64,000 nucleotides of DNA from Candidatus Latescibacterota bacterium (GCA_022706085.1 JAKJDF010000001.1:48394-112393); one strand, 5' to 3'; counted from the first letter of the stretch, positions 27,257-37,667 are shown. Translations and numbers: made by a program. The notes: generated by a model from the sequence alone, not told the origin.

Positions 27257-28066
27257 TCATCCCCGTATCCACGCGACAATTTCCTCGGCAATCTGTTCCA
27301 CCGGGACATCCTTGACGATGCGAGTGTTTCGTTGCTGCTGTGGGAGTTCCACCTTCACGAACGAAACCCCTTCCGCGCCAACCTGCACCTGCGGGGCCTT
27401 TTGCAGAGCCGGCATGACGCTTCGCATGTTCGCCATCCCGATTTGCGGGTTGTTCGGCGGCTCAGGCAGGTGGCCCGTCGCCCAGCCAACGACCAGCGGA
27501 GGACGATCGCACCTGCTGACGAGGTAATTGCCGCCTTCGACGCGTTCCATGAGACTGATTTCACCGTTCTCAGAAACCGACAGCGAATCAACCGCGAGAA
27601 AGACCTCCCCAATCCCGAGCATTTCGCCAACGACTTGAAGGGTGACACCTGCGTCCCGCGACGCAGACGCGTACCCCCCGAAAAGAAGCAACCGGTTCCT
27701 GTCCAGGTCTGAAATCGCACCTATCGCGTTCGCAAGCGCGGTTGCGGTTTCAAACGGGTCGCAGAAGCCGCTGGCAGACCCGTCAACCGGCACGAAGATG
27801 AACGGAGCTTTCTGTGCGACTGTCATCATGAGTTGCTGCAGTCGCTGCTTTGGACCGACACTGACCAGCCACACTTTCGATCCCGCATTTTCTTTTGCGA
27901 GATGCGCGGCCTCGTACAGCGCGTGCGCGGCCCACGGATCCAGCACGGACGGCAGGATCATCTCGTTTTTGAGCGCTGGCCCCTTCGGTCCGAGATCCGG
28001 CTCGAGGGTCTGCAACGGATCCGGCACCAGACTTCCGCATACAACGATGTGATATCCCGATTCCAT
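27257..28066 (-). CDS. divergent electron transfer flavoprotein beta-like subunit
   Basis: ETF beta-like length and N-terminus (HIVVCGSLVPDP). Lacks the DGDTAQVGP motif (has SASRDAGVTLQVVGEMLG). Adjacent to the alpha-like subunit. Confidence 0.7.
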   Translation of the reverse strand: MESGYHIVVCGSLVPDPLQTLEPDLGPKGPALKNEMILPSVLDPWAAHALYEAAHLAKENAGSKVWLVSVGPKQRLQQLMMTVAQKAPFIFVPVDGSASGFCDPFETATALANAIGAISDLDRNRLLLFGGYASASRDAGVTLQVVGEMLGIGEVFLAVDSLSVSENGEISLMERVEGGNYLVSRCDRPPLVVGWATGHLPEPPNNPQIGMANMRSVMPALQKAPQVQVGAEGVSFVKVELPQQQRNTRIVKDVPVEQIAEEIVAWIRG

Positions 28067-28090
28067 GAAATCTTGTTCCTTCAGAAAGTG

Positions 28091-29986
28091 TCAATTTTCC
28101 GCCGAATGCAAGCCACCTGCCCCCGCGGAAAACCGGATGTTGCCGCGTTCATTGTCTCCCCGCCGAGGTTGTGTGCAGTTCCAGATGCACGCGCCACAGT
28201 GGATGCATTTCTCTCGATCGAAATCCGGAGTTCCGCCTGAAGGTGATGGAGCAATTGCCTGCGCAGAACAGGCTTCGATGCACAGCCTGGTCCCGCATTG
28301 TTCACACACTGCCGGATCCAGAAACACGACGTGGTCGGCATACCCCGGGGGCGCCTGGACTTTGCCGCCGAGGAGAAGTGCATCCTGTTGAGAAACAAGC
28401 AGTTTGCCGTCCAGAGGTATTTCAGGCCACCCCGCCCTTGTCATCAACACGTCGTGCAGAGGAATGGCATTTTTCGCGCAATCTTCGCGTATTCGCTCTA
28501 GCTCCCCACTCGGAATCCGGTCCCTGTAGTACTGGTTCAGGTCTGGTATGCCCTCGCGAGGATGTGCAGTTCGGGTTTTCATGTTCAGCACGCCCCGCGT
28601 AAGACCGGAAACGGCCATACCAACGACACCGGCCACGAAGCCTTTGCGGAAGCCGTCTCTGGCGTGTTGAGCGGTGCGTGCGCCTGTTTCAACCCAGCTC
28701 TTCCGACGCCGGTTGACATACGCAGCGTCGAGGTTCGCCTGCGTAAAGGGTTCCCCTTTTTTCAGCAGATCGATGACGCCTTCGGCAAGCAGGACGCCGG
28801 TCATCCATGCCTCATCCACACCGGATCCCGTAAGAACGTTCGTACTGCCGGATCCTTCTCCGATTCGGGCGTATCCATCGCCTGCCAGGTACGGCTCCCC
28901 GAGGCGACCCGATTCCTGAAGCGTTTTTGCGCCCCATGACCTTAATGTGCCGCCTTCGAGGTGATGCCAGAGGTAAGGATGCAGCATCCAGTGCTGCAGA
29001 TAGCGGTACACCGTCCGGACGGGACTGGCGAAGGTGGACGGAACGAAAATGCCGAGCGACGCGACGCGTTCCGGGTGAACGTAAAGAAAACCGAAGATTT
29101 CGGGTTCCGGGTATCCCAGAGTGTGCAAGACCGTTCCGGGGCAAAGGTTACAATGGTCGGGCAAGTTCACGACCATCTTCATGCCGACCGCCCAATCGTA
29201 CTGATGGTGGCCTTCCGGGAGGCCGAAGTGCTCGTCAAGACGCTGACCCACGGCACCGACCGGACCGTCGCCCACGACGGTAAGGCGTGCGCGAACATCC
29301 ATTCCGGGCATATAGCCGGCGTCGGGTGCGCCATCCTTCTGGACGCCCTGATCCGCGATACGCACACCGACAACCTGTTTCCCTTCGAGGATCGGCTCTC
29401 CGACGGGCGTCCCCGGCCAGATCTGAATCATTCCTGAGGTCGAGACCTGGTCACTCACCCACTGCATGAACTGCCCGATCGACATGACAAGGCCGCCGTG
29501 CTTTCTGAGAAACGGCGGAGTGAAAGGCAATTCGAATGCGGACCGGCGGTAAGGGAGTGCCCATCGGAGGCCCCGAATCGCGCGGTCGGCAATTCTTAAG
29601 CCCAGCGACCGCCTGCTCGCGCCATGCGGATCGAGCAGATACACGATTTTTTCCTCTGAGACCGGATGGGCCAGCGGTATCTTGGAGGGATTCATGTCGG
29701 GAAATGTGTATCTGATGGCTCTGGCTTGCGTGACAAGTCCGGACACCCCGAAATTGACGTCGTCAGCACGCTCGTAGCAGACAACCTGAAGCGGCATTCC
29801 GGGCATGACTGTGCTCTGAACGTGCGGCTCCCCGGACGCCCGTTCCATCTCGCGAGCGAGGGTGGTCAAGAACCCGCCCATGGCAGGGCCGAACCCCACG
29901 CACGCTATATCCACTTCGAGACTCAAGCGGTTGACCGGATTTTGTGTCCCTGTTTCCAGATCGGATTCCATCGCGTTTTCTTCCAA
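28091..29986 (-). CDS. ETF-ubiquinone oxidoreductase-like flavoprotein (FixC-FixX-like fusion) with two C-terminal Cys clusters
   Basis: FAD dinucleotide motif DIACVGFGPAMGG. ETF-QO/FixC-like core. C-terminal CEQCGTRLCIEAC and CIHCGACIWNC. Confidence 0.75.
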   Translation of the reverse strand: MEENAMESDLETGTQNPVNRLSLEVDIACVGFGPAMGGFLTTLAREMERASGEPHVQSTVMPGMPLQVVCYERADDVNFGVSGLVTQARAIRYTFPDMNPSKIPLAHPVSEEKIVYLLDPHGASRRSLGLRIADRAIRGLRWALPYRRSAFELPFTPPFLRKHGGLVMSIGQFMQWVSDQVSTSGMIQIWPGTPVGEPILEGKQVVGVRIADQGVQKDGAPDAGYMPGMDVRARLTVVGDGPVGAVGQRLDEHFGLPEGHHQYDWAVGMKMVVNLPDHCNLCPGTVLHTLGYPEPEIFGFLYVHPERVASLGIFVPSTFASPVRTVYRYLQHWMLHPYLWHHLEGGTLRSWGAKTLQESGRLGEPYLAGDGYARIGEGSGSTNVLTGSGVDEAWMTGVLLAEGVIDLLKKGEPFTQANLDAAYVNRRRKSWVETGARTAQHARDGFRKGFVAGVVGMAVSGLTRGVLNMKTRTAHPREGIPDLNQYYRDRIPSGELERIREDCAKNAIPLHDVLMTRAGWPEIPLDGKLLVSQQDALLLGGKVQAPPGYADHVVFLDPAVCEQCGTRLCIEACSAQAIAPSPSGGTPDFDREKCIHCGACIWNCTQPRRGDNERGNIRFSAGAGGLHSAEN

Positions 29987-30018
29987 TCGCTCTCAAATCC
30001 GCGCCACGACACCAATGT

Positions 30019-32220
30019 TCAGACAGGGTAGTCGAGCGCTTCGGGAATAGAAACGCTCGTGAGGGCTCTGGCTGCCCTGTCCTTGGCGAGCGCGGAACCA
30101 GAAAGGCAGGCATGCAGGCGCTTCTGCAGCCGCTGAAAAGTCTCAAGCCCCTCATGCCCGGCACACGGCCCGGCTTTGGTTGCGCGCGTGCCGTCAACGC
30201 CCATTGCGTCCGCAGTTCCCGCGATCCCGGCCGCAGAACCCGGAACGAGAGATTCGGCGCTCACGAGTTCCTCGTCGGTCAGACAAGCGCCCGGGTCTTT
30301 CCAGCCTGGATGCCGGTTGTACCCATACACCAGCAGGGAACATACGCGCGATGTCTCGCCCGCCGCCCGGGCAGCCTGAACGTGGCAGAGGTCGCTGAAA
30401 AACCGGACGTACCCGGGCAACGCATCGGCATCAAGTCCGGCTTCTGCCCCTCTGGCAGCCAGCTCGATGGTGTCGAGTATCTGGCAACGGCTCGCCAGCA
30501 GCCAGCTCAGTGCATCCGCCACAGGGAACGTAACACCTTGTCGCTGATCCTTGAACAAAGGCCTGCCGTCGGCGTCTTTCCCTTCCAACAGATAGGTCAG
30601 TGACCAGAGCCACAGTTCCATTGCTGACGCCAGGGTGCACGCCCCTGTTTCGGGGTATTCTGAGGCGGCACCGCGCATTTCGCGTATCCACCCGCGAAAA
30701 ACGGCGAGGAATAGTTCGTTCGCCATGGTCACGCTCAGCTGACGTCGCTGAACCGCCTCCGGGCCTTCGTACGTTGCCTCGAGCTGTGCATCCATCCACT
30801 TCATGCCGAGAAACCCCGGACAATCCTCCGTGATGCCATACCCGCCCATCAGGCTGACTGCTTCCCTCATCATGTTCGCACCATGGCCGGTGTTCCACAG
30901 TTTCGTTGCGGGGCACAGCACGTTGGTGATGGCGTCCGTAATGGCGAACCGAACCAGTGTATCATCCGGGAGAGAAGTTGCCCGGGCGAAACCCCGGCCA
31001 GACTCATGTTCTGCCGACTCCTCCAGGAACTGAACGGCCCGTTTCTGCGCCTCCATCATGGTCCGCATCTGTGCTCTTCCCGGGCCGACATTCATATCGC
31101 GGAGCAGCCGCTCCGTTTCCCGTTCCAGCGGGTCGAATTCGTCAAAAAGCCGCGCGGTTGCAAACCCCAGCGAGGCGCTCGCTTCGCCCGTCGCCCAGAC
31201 ATCAACGAGCCTGTGAAGCGGGTCTTCTTTCATCTGCAGGCCGAGGTCATGTCGCGGAGTCCCTTCGGCGCCCGAAGCTCCTCCGCGGAAGCGACCACGT
31301 TGGTACCGTATGACCGGCTCGATCGCGGAAAGCAGCTTCGCGGAGGTCATCAGGCCCACTGTTACACGTGTACGCCGGAACACTGATTCGATGATCTGGC
31401 TGTGATTCCACTGGGGAACGATCACACCGTCTTTCACGGAGTATCCCCCGATGATCCTGCTGGCGGGAATATCGAGACTGAAGACTGGATCGGTGGTGGA
31501 TGAAAGCTGATGCACCAGCTTCTTTGTCGGGGTACCCCTGTCGAAAACGCCCGGGTCGCCTTCTTCGAGGATTACCATGCAGGAGCCTTTTATGCGCGGG
31601 TCGTCAGAATCGACCGCCGCGCACACGAAGTTGGCAAAACCCATGTTGGTGATGAAGCGTCCCCGCTTCTCGACGTGGAGAATCGGCTCCTCTCCGTCAT
31701 TCCATCTGGCGATTCGAACCTTTCCACCGAGCACTCCGGTGTCTACCCCGACGTACGGTATTGGTTCGGTCAACGCAAATGCCCCACGCCACGCTTTTCG
31801 TGTATCACCCGGCGCAGGAGGAACGCACAGCTTCATATAATGCGATCTCTGTTCTTCGGTTCCTTTTTCTTTGATCGGCTCCAGCGCCAGATTCCCGGCG
31901 AGGCTCCCGGTGGCAGCTCCTCCATCAACCCAGGCCAGCTCGAATGCGAGCAGGGCCAGAGCGAAGTTTTTCGGTCCTTCAATGTAACCGCCATCCTGGG
32001 GATCCATGAATACCGAAGTGATCCCGGCTTCGTCGAAGGCCGTGAGCATCTGAGCCTTTTCTTCCGTCCATTCGTGCGTGTTGCGCGCCCCTGAAGCCAC
32101 AAGCCGCGCCACGAGACCTCGAGCCACGGAACGAGCTGATTGAACGAGCATCTGGAGGTCGAACCGGTCAGAAAATCGCCATTGGACCTGACGGATTTCG
32201 TCGCCGGGCAGCGTTTTCAT
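30019..32220 (-). CDS. large (about 735-aa) acyl-CoA dehydrogenase family protein
   Basis: ORF 30019..32250, likely start ATG 32220 (MKTLPGDE...). ACAD-like N-terminal and middle blocks (GAFALTEPIPYVGVDTG). Long C-terminal extension. Confidence 0.7.
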   Translation of the reverse strand: MKTLPGDEIRQVQWRFSDRFDLQMLVQSARSVARGLVARLVASGARNTHEWTEEKAQMLTAFDEAGITSVFMDPQDGGYIEGPKNFALALLAFELAWVDGGAATGSLAGNLALEPIKEKGTEEQRSHYMKLCVPPAPGDTRKAWRGAFALTEPIPYVGVDTGVLGGKVRIARWNDGEEPILHVEKRGRFITNMGFANFVCAAVDSDDPRIKGSCMVILEEGDPGVFDRGTPTKKLVHQLSSTTDPVFSLDIPASRIIGGYSVKDGVIVPQWNHSQIIESVFRRTRVTVGLMTSAKLLSAIEPVIRYQRGRFRGGASGAEGTPRHDLGLQMKEDPLHRLVDVWATGEASASLGFATARLFDEFDPLERETERLLRDMNVGPGRAQMRTMMEAQKRAVQFLEESAEHESGRGFARATSLPDDTLVRFAITDAITNVLCPATKLWNTGHGANMMREAVSLMGGYGITEDCPGFLGMKWMDAQLEATYEGPEAVQRRQLSVTMANELFLAVFRGWIREMRGAASEYPETGACTLASAMELWLWSLTYLLEGKDADGRPLFKDQRQGVTFPVADALSWLLASRCQILDTIELAARGAEAGLDADALPGYVRFFSDLCHVQAARAAGETSRVCSLLVYGYNRHPGWKDPGACLTDEELVSAESLVPGSAAGIAGTADAMGVDGTRATKAGPCAGHEGLETFQRLQKRLHACLSGSALAKDRAARALTSVSIPEALDYPV

Positions 32221-32730
32221 GACGGAGTCACCGTTTGCGGATGAAAGCATCTTCTGGAACCCCTGTAGTGCGTGAGCAACGGAGGAAAAGGCCGGGGAAC
32301 CCTGACTGTTCGCAGATCTGTAATCCTGCGTCTGATCGGGAGGGCGGATGGAAGCCGTGCGGCGCGCTCGTCATCGTTGCGCGCGGGTGAATCAGGTGCG
32401 TATGTTTTGGATTGCGCCGACTGCAATCACGCCCAGGACGTTTATTAAGGTCATAATCCGCGAAGGAGCAGTCAAGGGCGAGCAGTTCCGACGTGCAGCA
32501 CGTTTCGCGATGCGTGGTTCAGGTTGAGTCTGATTGTAGCAGGATTGTTTGATCACGGTTTGTGGTACGATTTGCATTACGCGCTTAATTCCCACGGGAA
32601 ACCCTGTTCTTACCGCAGCTTGACACAGACCTGAGAGCGCTGCGACGCATCGCGTGTGAAAAATACGAGCAAAACAGGGCTGATCTGAGAACACGCGAAC
32701 GGGGCTTCGCTTTCAAATTTCGGATACCGT

Positions 32731-33828
32731 ATGTCGTTTGAGGCATTACCGGCTTGCGTTCTCGGGCTCATATCGCTTGCCGTCGGCGCTCGATTCCTCG
32801 TTGATGGTTCCTCCCGACTCGCGTCGGCACTGGGCATTTCTCCTCTCGTCATCGGACTTACCGTGGTGGCGTTCGGCACCAGCGCGCCCGAGCTCGCGGT
32901 GAGCGTTCATGCCGCATGGGCGGGACAACCTGACATTGCGATCGGCAACGCGGTGGGAAGCAACATCATCAATGTGCTGCTTATTCTCGGCGCATCAGCC
33001 CTTATTACTCCCCTGGTGGTGTCACAGCAACTCGTCCGGATGGACACTCCGCTCATGATCGGGGCATGCGTTCTCGTGTACGTGTTTTCAGCAGACGGTG
33101 TTTTGAGCCGAGTGAATGGACTCTTCCTTTTCGCGTGTATCGTCGCCTACACCGTTTTCGCGATACGAGTGAGCAAAAGAGAATCTGCCGGGGTGGAACA
33201 GGAATACGCGCGTGAATACGGCGAAGCAAAGGGTACCGGTCCCCGGACCTGGGCCCTGATGTTGACGGCTATCCTTGCGGGGCTTGGTCTGCTTGTGCTC
33301 GGTTCGAGATTCCTTGTGGAAGGTGCCTCAGAGATCGCACGTGCGTACGGCCTCAGCGAGCTTGTTATCGGGCTGACAATCGTCGCAGGCGGCACGTCGC
33401 TCCCTGAGATAGCGGCTTCCATTGCTGCGAGTGCGCGGAGAGAGCCTGATATCGCAGTGGGCAACGTGGTCGGAAGCAACCTGTTCAACATGCTGGCGGT
33501 ACTTGGGCTTTCAAGCGTGTTTTCACCGGCAGGAGTTCCCGTCTCGCGCGCCGCTGTTGCCTTCGACATACCGGTTATGATTGGTGTATGCGTGGCCTGT
33601 CTTCCCATTTTTTTCACCGGCTATCGGATCGCGCGGTGGGAAGGAGCCCTGCTCCTCGCTTACTGGTTGGCTTACACAGCGTACACCGTTTTTGATGCCC
33701 GTGGACACGAAGCGTCGAGCCAATTGACCGTCGTGATGATGGAATTTGTCATACCTATCACGTTGATTACGCTTGCGACAATTACGGTACGGCACATGCG
33801 TGAAAAGAACCGTGCGGTTCCTCAGTGA
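32731..33828 (+). CDS. calcium/cation antiporter (CaCA / YrbG-type Na+/Ca2+ exchanger family)
   Basis: Duplicated alpha-repeat motifs GLTVVAFGTSAPE...GNAVGSNIINVLLILG and GLTIVAGGTSLPE...GNVVGSNLFNMLAVLG. About 10 hydrophobic helices. Confidence 0.85.
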   Translation: MSFEALPACVLGLISLAVGARFLVDGSSRLASALGISPLVIGLTVVAFGTSAPELAVSVHAAWAGQPDIAIGNAVGSNIINVLLILGASALITPLVVSQQLVRMDTPLMIGACVLVYVFSADGVLSRVNGLFLFACIVAYTVFAIRVSKRESAGVEQEYAREYGEAKGTGPRTWALMLTAILAGLGLLVLGSRFLVEGASEIARAYGLSELVIGLTIVAGGTSLPEIAASIAASARREPDIAVGNVVGSNLFNMLAVLGLSSVFSPAGVPVSRAAVAFDIPVMIGVCVACLPIFFTGYRIARWEGALLLAYWLAYTAYTVFDARGHEASSQLTVVMMEFVIPITLITLATITVRHMREKNRAVPQ

Positions 33829-33960
33829 CCGGTTCGGGTTGCCCCGGTGCGGGGTGGCCCGGCGCGCGGAATTGGAAACCTACAGACGTAACGCATTTAT
33901 TACATGGAACTTACAGTTTTTACTGGCCCGCTTCTGATTCTCGCACTGAGAGGTCTCTGA

Positions 33961-35145
33961 ATGGCAAGATGTCTGCCCGCAGGTGGCGAAAACCTTTTTC
34001 AGCGCATCAAGCGCGTGCGGAATGAGTACGAAAAAAGAACCGGAAAAGAGGCGATCAACCTCAGCGTTGGCGAACCGGACGGGATACCGACGGTGGCAAC
34101 GCGCGCCGCTGCGGCTACGGCGTGCATGTCTACGGATCGGCGCATGCACCTGTACCAAGACAACGGCGCGCCGGAAGGTTTTGCACGCGCACTCGTGGAG
34201 TACCACGTGGGGCCGGAGATCGCAGGAAGGCCGGACCTGGCATTCCTGCCTATCCCCGGTATCAAACCCATGATCGGGTTGTTGCCTCTTGCGTGCGGTG
34301 CCAACGCAGGCAAAACCGTGGTGGTTGCCGGAATGACAAAGCCAGGATACCCTGTGATTCGCACTTGGAGCGCGTATCTTGGCTGTGCGTACCACGACTG
34401 GCCACTCTACGCGGCAAATGGCTTTCGACCAGAACTCAATGACGCGCCCGCGGGAGTGACGCTTGCAGTGTTCAATTACCCGAACAACCCGACAGGCGCG
34501 ACGATGTCACTTGACAAATGGCGGGAGCTGTGCAGCTGGGCGAAAACACACGGAGTGCGTCTTGCCAACGATGCGGCCTACGGAGGGCTTGTCCACGGCA
34601 GCCATGCTCATTTGTCGCAGGTTGCCGTAGAATTTCCGGAACTGGAGTGGATTGAGCTGTTCAGCGCGTCGAAAAGCCATAACGCCACCGGATGGCGCGT
34701 GGGTGTCGCGTTCGGAACGGCGGATTTCGTCGCGGACCTCACGACGATCAAGGGCAATACGGACAGTGGATTTGTCGCTCCGATGGCAACTGGCGTCATG
34801 CGGGCCATTGAGGTCGACAGGGCTGGACTGGAAAGTATCCGCGCGTTGTATGGCCAGCGTATCGGCATCCTTGTGGACCTCCTTTCGCCGCATCTTGAAC
34901 TCGCCGCGGCGCCTGAGGCCGGTTTTTTCACGTTCTGGCGCATTCCACGCGAAGCGTTCGGCCATCCTGTCCACACCGCGGACGAATTCAACGCGTTGAT
35001 GATCGAGAACTGCGGTATCGTGGGTGTCCCTTACACCGGTTCCGATGGGGAATACATACGGTACGCGGTGTGTTTTCCGGTGGAACGGGAAAACATTCAG
35101 GCCGCAATTCGGTCAGCTCTGGCGTCCGCGGCGCTGAAGCGTTGA
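33961..35145 (+). CDS. class I/II pyridoxal-phosphate-dependent aminotransferase
   Basis: NYPNNPTG block and PLP-lysine block SASKSHNATGWRVG. Confidence 0.75.
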   Translation: MARCLPAGGENLFQRIKRVRNEYEKRTGKEAINLSVGEPDGIPTVATRAAAATACMSTDRRMHLYQDNGAPEGFARALVEYHVGPEIAGRPDLAFLPIPGIKPMIGLLPLACGANAGKTVVVAGMTKPGYPVIRTWSAYLGCAYHDWPLYAANGFRPELNDAPAGVTLAVFNYPNNPTGATMSLDKWRELCSWAKTHGVRLANDAAYGGLVHGSHAHLSQVAVEFPELEWIELFSASKSHNATGWRVGVAFGTADFVADLTTIKGNTDSGFVAPMATGVMRAIEVDRAGLESIRALYGQRIGILVDLLSPHLELAAAPEAGFFTFWRIPREAFGHPVHTADEFNALMIENCGIVGVPYTGSDGEYIRYAVCFPVERENIQAAIRSALASAALKR

Positions 35146-35244
35146 CAGACGTGTGCGGCGAACGAAAGTGCCATTTCTTCCGTTGCACCGTGCCTTTGGA
35201 AGGCTTATATTTCTATAACAATCTTCGAGATTCTCGCGAGTCCA

Positions 35245-35321
35245 GGGGCAGTAGCTCAGTTTGGGAGAGCGCATCCCTCGCACGGATGAGGTCGTCGGTT
35301 CGAGCCCGATCTGCTCCACCA
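35245..35321 (+). tRNA. tRNA-Ala (anticodon CGC), CCA encoded
   Basis: Acceptor GGGGCAG/CTGCTCC with the G3:U70 wobble typical of tRNA-Ala. D-arm TAGCTCAGTTTGGGAGAGC. Anticodon loop CTCGCAC. T-arm GTCGGTTCGAGCCCGAT. 3' ACCA. Confidence 0.9.
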
Positions 35322-35330
35322 ATTTTTTTG

Positions 35331-35366
35331 GCAGGACTGATGTCAGAACGAACGGCTCAGTCCTGC
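35331..35366 (+). terminator. 10-bp stem-loop GCAGGACTGA ... TCAGTCCTGC downstream of tRNA-Ala
   Basis: Read directly. Preceded by a T7 run rather than followed by one, so its role (terminator or processing site) is uncertain. Confidence 0.35.
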
Positions 35367-35402
35367 TTACATTATTGAGTCCCCGAGTATCGGCTTCATG
35401 TC

Positions 35403-35523
<121 letters not shown>

Positions 35524-35552
35524 CGCATTCACCCGACACACCGAGGCCGGCG

Positions 35553-37250
35553 ATGGCAGATGAGCGCTTTCGCGTTCTGGCACGCAAATGGCGTCCGGCC
35601 ACGTTCAGTGAGGTTGTCGGTCAAGAGCATGTGTGCCGAAGCCTGACGAACGCGATTCGCCTCGGGCGTATCCACCATGCGTTTCTCTTCAGCGGCCCAC
35701 GAGGGGTCGGCAAAACCACTGTCGCGCGCATCCTGGCAAAAGCGTTGAACTGCGTCGACGGCCCCACCGCGACTCCCTGCCTTTCCTGCCTATCGTGCAA
35801 ATCCATCGCGGACGGAAGCAGCCTCGACGTGATGGAAATCGACGGAGCGTCGAACAACAACGTTGATCAGGTTCGGGATCTTCGCGAGACACTCGGGTAC
35901 GCAACTGCCCAGAGCCGATATCGCGTTATCATAATCGACGAAGTGCACATGCTTTCGAAGGCTGCGTTCAACGCTTTGTTGAAATCGCTCGAAGAACCGC
36001 CGCCGCACGTAGTCTTCATTTTCGCCACCACGGAAGCAACAAAAGTCATCCCGACCGTCCAGTCCCGATGCCAGCGTTACGACTTCCGGCGCCTGAGCAC
36101 TCGAGACATCCGCGACCAGTTGACGATGATCTGCCGCGAGGAAAAGGTAGACGTCGAACCGGCAGGGATCGACCTGATCGCGCGGTACGCTGACGGCGCC
36201 ATGCGGGACGCGCAAAGTCTGCTGGACCAGGTGATTGCCGCGACGGAAGGTCACGTTACCGCTTCGGAGGTTGCCGACCTCATCGGCGCGGTGGAACGCA
36301 CCGTGTTTTTCGACCTCGTGGACGCAATCGCGAGAAGGGATGTTTCGGCCACCATTTCTGCGGTTGCAGACACGGTGTTCCGCGGAAGAAGCCTGGCGCA
36401 GTTTCTGTCGGGGCTAATGTCGCATTTGAGGTGTCTGCTGGCCTGTGCGGCCAATGCCCGGAATGCCTTGAGCGATTTCGAGCCGGAAGAGCTTGAGCGG
36501 CTTTCCGCCCAGGCACGTAAGTTCTCTGACCGGGACATTTTGAGGATGTTGTCTCTTGCGGCGGACGCGGAATCGCTTCTGGAAAAGTCCGCCGTGCCGC
36601 AGGTTCGTGTAGAACTTGCACTGCTCAAAATGGTTTACATGGAGAAATCCGTTGAGCTGGCGGACCTTGTGGGTCGATTGGACACGCTTTTGACCGGTCC
36701 ATCCGCGGCGCCGCCTGATCCTGTCGCACGGGGGCCTGCTCCGCGTGAGGCTGCCAGAGCGCGAACAGAGACCATCTTTACGCCTTCGGCGGCTCCCGCA
36801 AAAGGAATGGCCGCCGACCTGCCATCCACTGACAACGCACCGCCGGCCGGGCGGAGATCCGAGGAAGACCGGCCCGGAACACCGGGTCTCGGTGTGTTGA
36901 CTGCCCGCTGGCCGGACATCGTGGAATCCGTGAAATCGGCCTCCGCCGCGGTGCCCTGGTTTCATCAGGTCCGTCCGACGGGAATCGATGGCGACACGGT
37001 GATTCTGGAAGTCGATGGAGCATTCTTTGCCGAACGCGTTTCACGCATGGAGGAAAGCCTGCTTGGCGCGATTCGCGCTCATTTTCCGGCCGTACGCCGC
37101 ATATCCGTCCGAGCCGTTGACAAGAGCGGCCGGAACAGCGACGTTTCTGAAACCGTGCGCCGGGGCGGTTCGCTGATTCAGGGCGTTGTCGAAGAAGAAC
37201 CGGTCATCGGAAAGCTGATCGAATCACTGGGTCTTGAACTGATCGAATGA
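35553..37250 (+). CDS. dnaX: DNA polymerase III subunit gamma/tau
   Basis: RKWRPATFSEVVGQEHV, Walker A GPRGVGKTT, IIIDEVHMLS, zinc module CVDGPTATPCLSCLSC. Confidence 0.9.
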   Translation: MADERFRVLARKWRPATFSEVVGQEHVCRSLTNAIRLGRIHHAFLFSGPRGVGKTTVARILAKALNCVDGPTATPCLSCLSCKSIADGSSLDVMEIDGASNNNVDQVRDLRETLGYATAQSRYRVIIIDEVHMLSKAAFNALLKSLEEPPPHVVFIFATTEATKVIPTVQSRCQRYDFRRLSTRDIRDQLTMICREEKVDVEPAGIDLIARYADGAMRDAQSLLDQVIAATEGHVTASEVADLIGAVERTVFFDLVDAIARRDVSATISAVADTVFRGRSLAQFLSGLMSHLRCLLACAANARNALSDFEPEELERLSAQARKFSDRDILRMLSLAADAESLLEKSAVPQVRVELALLKMVYMEKSVELADLVGRLDTLLTGPSAAPPDPVARGPAPREAARARTETIFTPSAAPAKGMAADLPSTDNAPPAGRRSEEDRPGTPGLGVLTARWPDIVESVKSASAAVPWFHQVRPTGIDGDTVILEVDGAFFAERVSRMEESLLGAIRAHFPAVRRISVRAVDKSGRNSDVSETVRRGGSLIQGVVEEEPVIGKLIESLGLELIE

Positions 37251-37309
37251 GAGTGTGATCCCCGATTTCTGCGAATCGGGCAGATACCAGAACTGGAGCA
37301 CACGAGGCG

Positions 37310-37663
37310 ATGTTCGGAAACCTTGGCAACCTTGCCGCGTTCGTCAGAAGCGCTCAGGAAATGCAGAAACGCGTTGCGGATGTTCAGGAGGTCCTGAAGG
37401 CAGCGAAAGTCGAGGGATCTGCGGGTGGTGACCTGGTCAGGGTCACCGCAAACGGTAACGGAGACATCGGACGCATTTCCATTGACCCCTCTCTCCTGAA
37501 GCCGGAGGAAAAGGAAGCGCTCGAAGAACTGTGTCTGGCCGCGGTGAATCAGGCAATTGGGCGCGCCAGAGAACTGGCGCAGGCTGAAATGGCCGGGCTG
37601 ATGGGCGGTCTGGAACTGCCGCCGGGGTTGTTGGACCCGTCGATGCTGAACGGGAGACCGTAG
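37310..37663 (+). CDS. ybaB: YbaB/EbfC family nucleoid-associated protein
   Basis: About 117 aa, MFGNLGNL...QEMQKR... start, GGDLVRVTANGNGDI core. Conserved position between dnaX and recR. Confidence 0.85.
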   Translation: MFGNLGNLAAFVRSAQEMQKRVADVQEVLKAAKVEGSAGGDLVRVTANGNGDIGRISIDPSLLKPEEKEALEELCLAAVNQAIGRARELAQAEMAGLMGGLELPPGLLDPSMLNGRP

Positions 37664-37667
37664 CGAG

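Noticed and set aside
32251-32730. 480-bp intergenic region between the acyl-CoA dehydrogenase and the CaCA antiporter as a possible ncRNA or riboswitch
   Set aside because: I could not recognise any known riboswitch core or convincing conserved structure by eye, only a TTGACA hexamer at about 32619 without a matching -10 element. Left unannotated.
35553-37250. Programmed -1 frameshift site in dnaX (gamma/tau)
   Set aside because: I found no A-AAA-AAG-type slippery heptamer in the gene by eye. The ORF is a single 565-aa frame.
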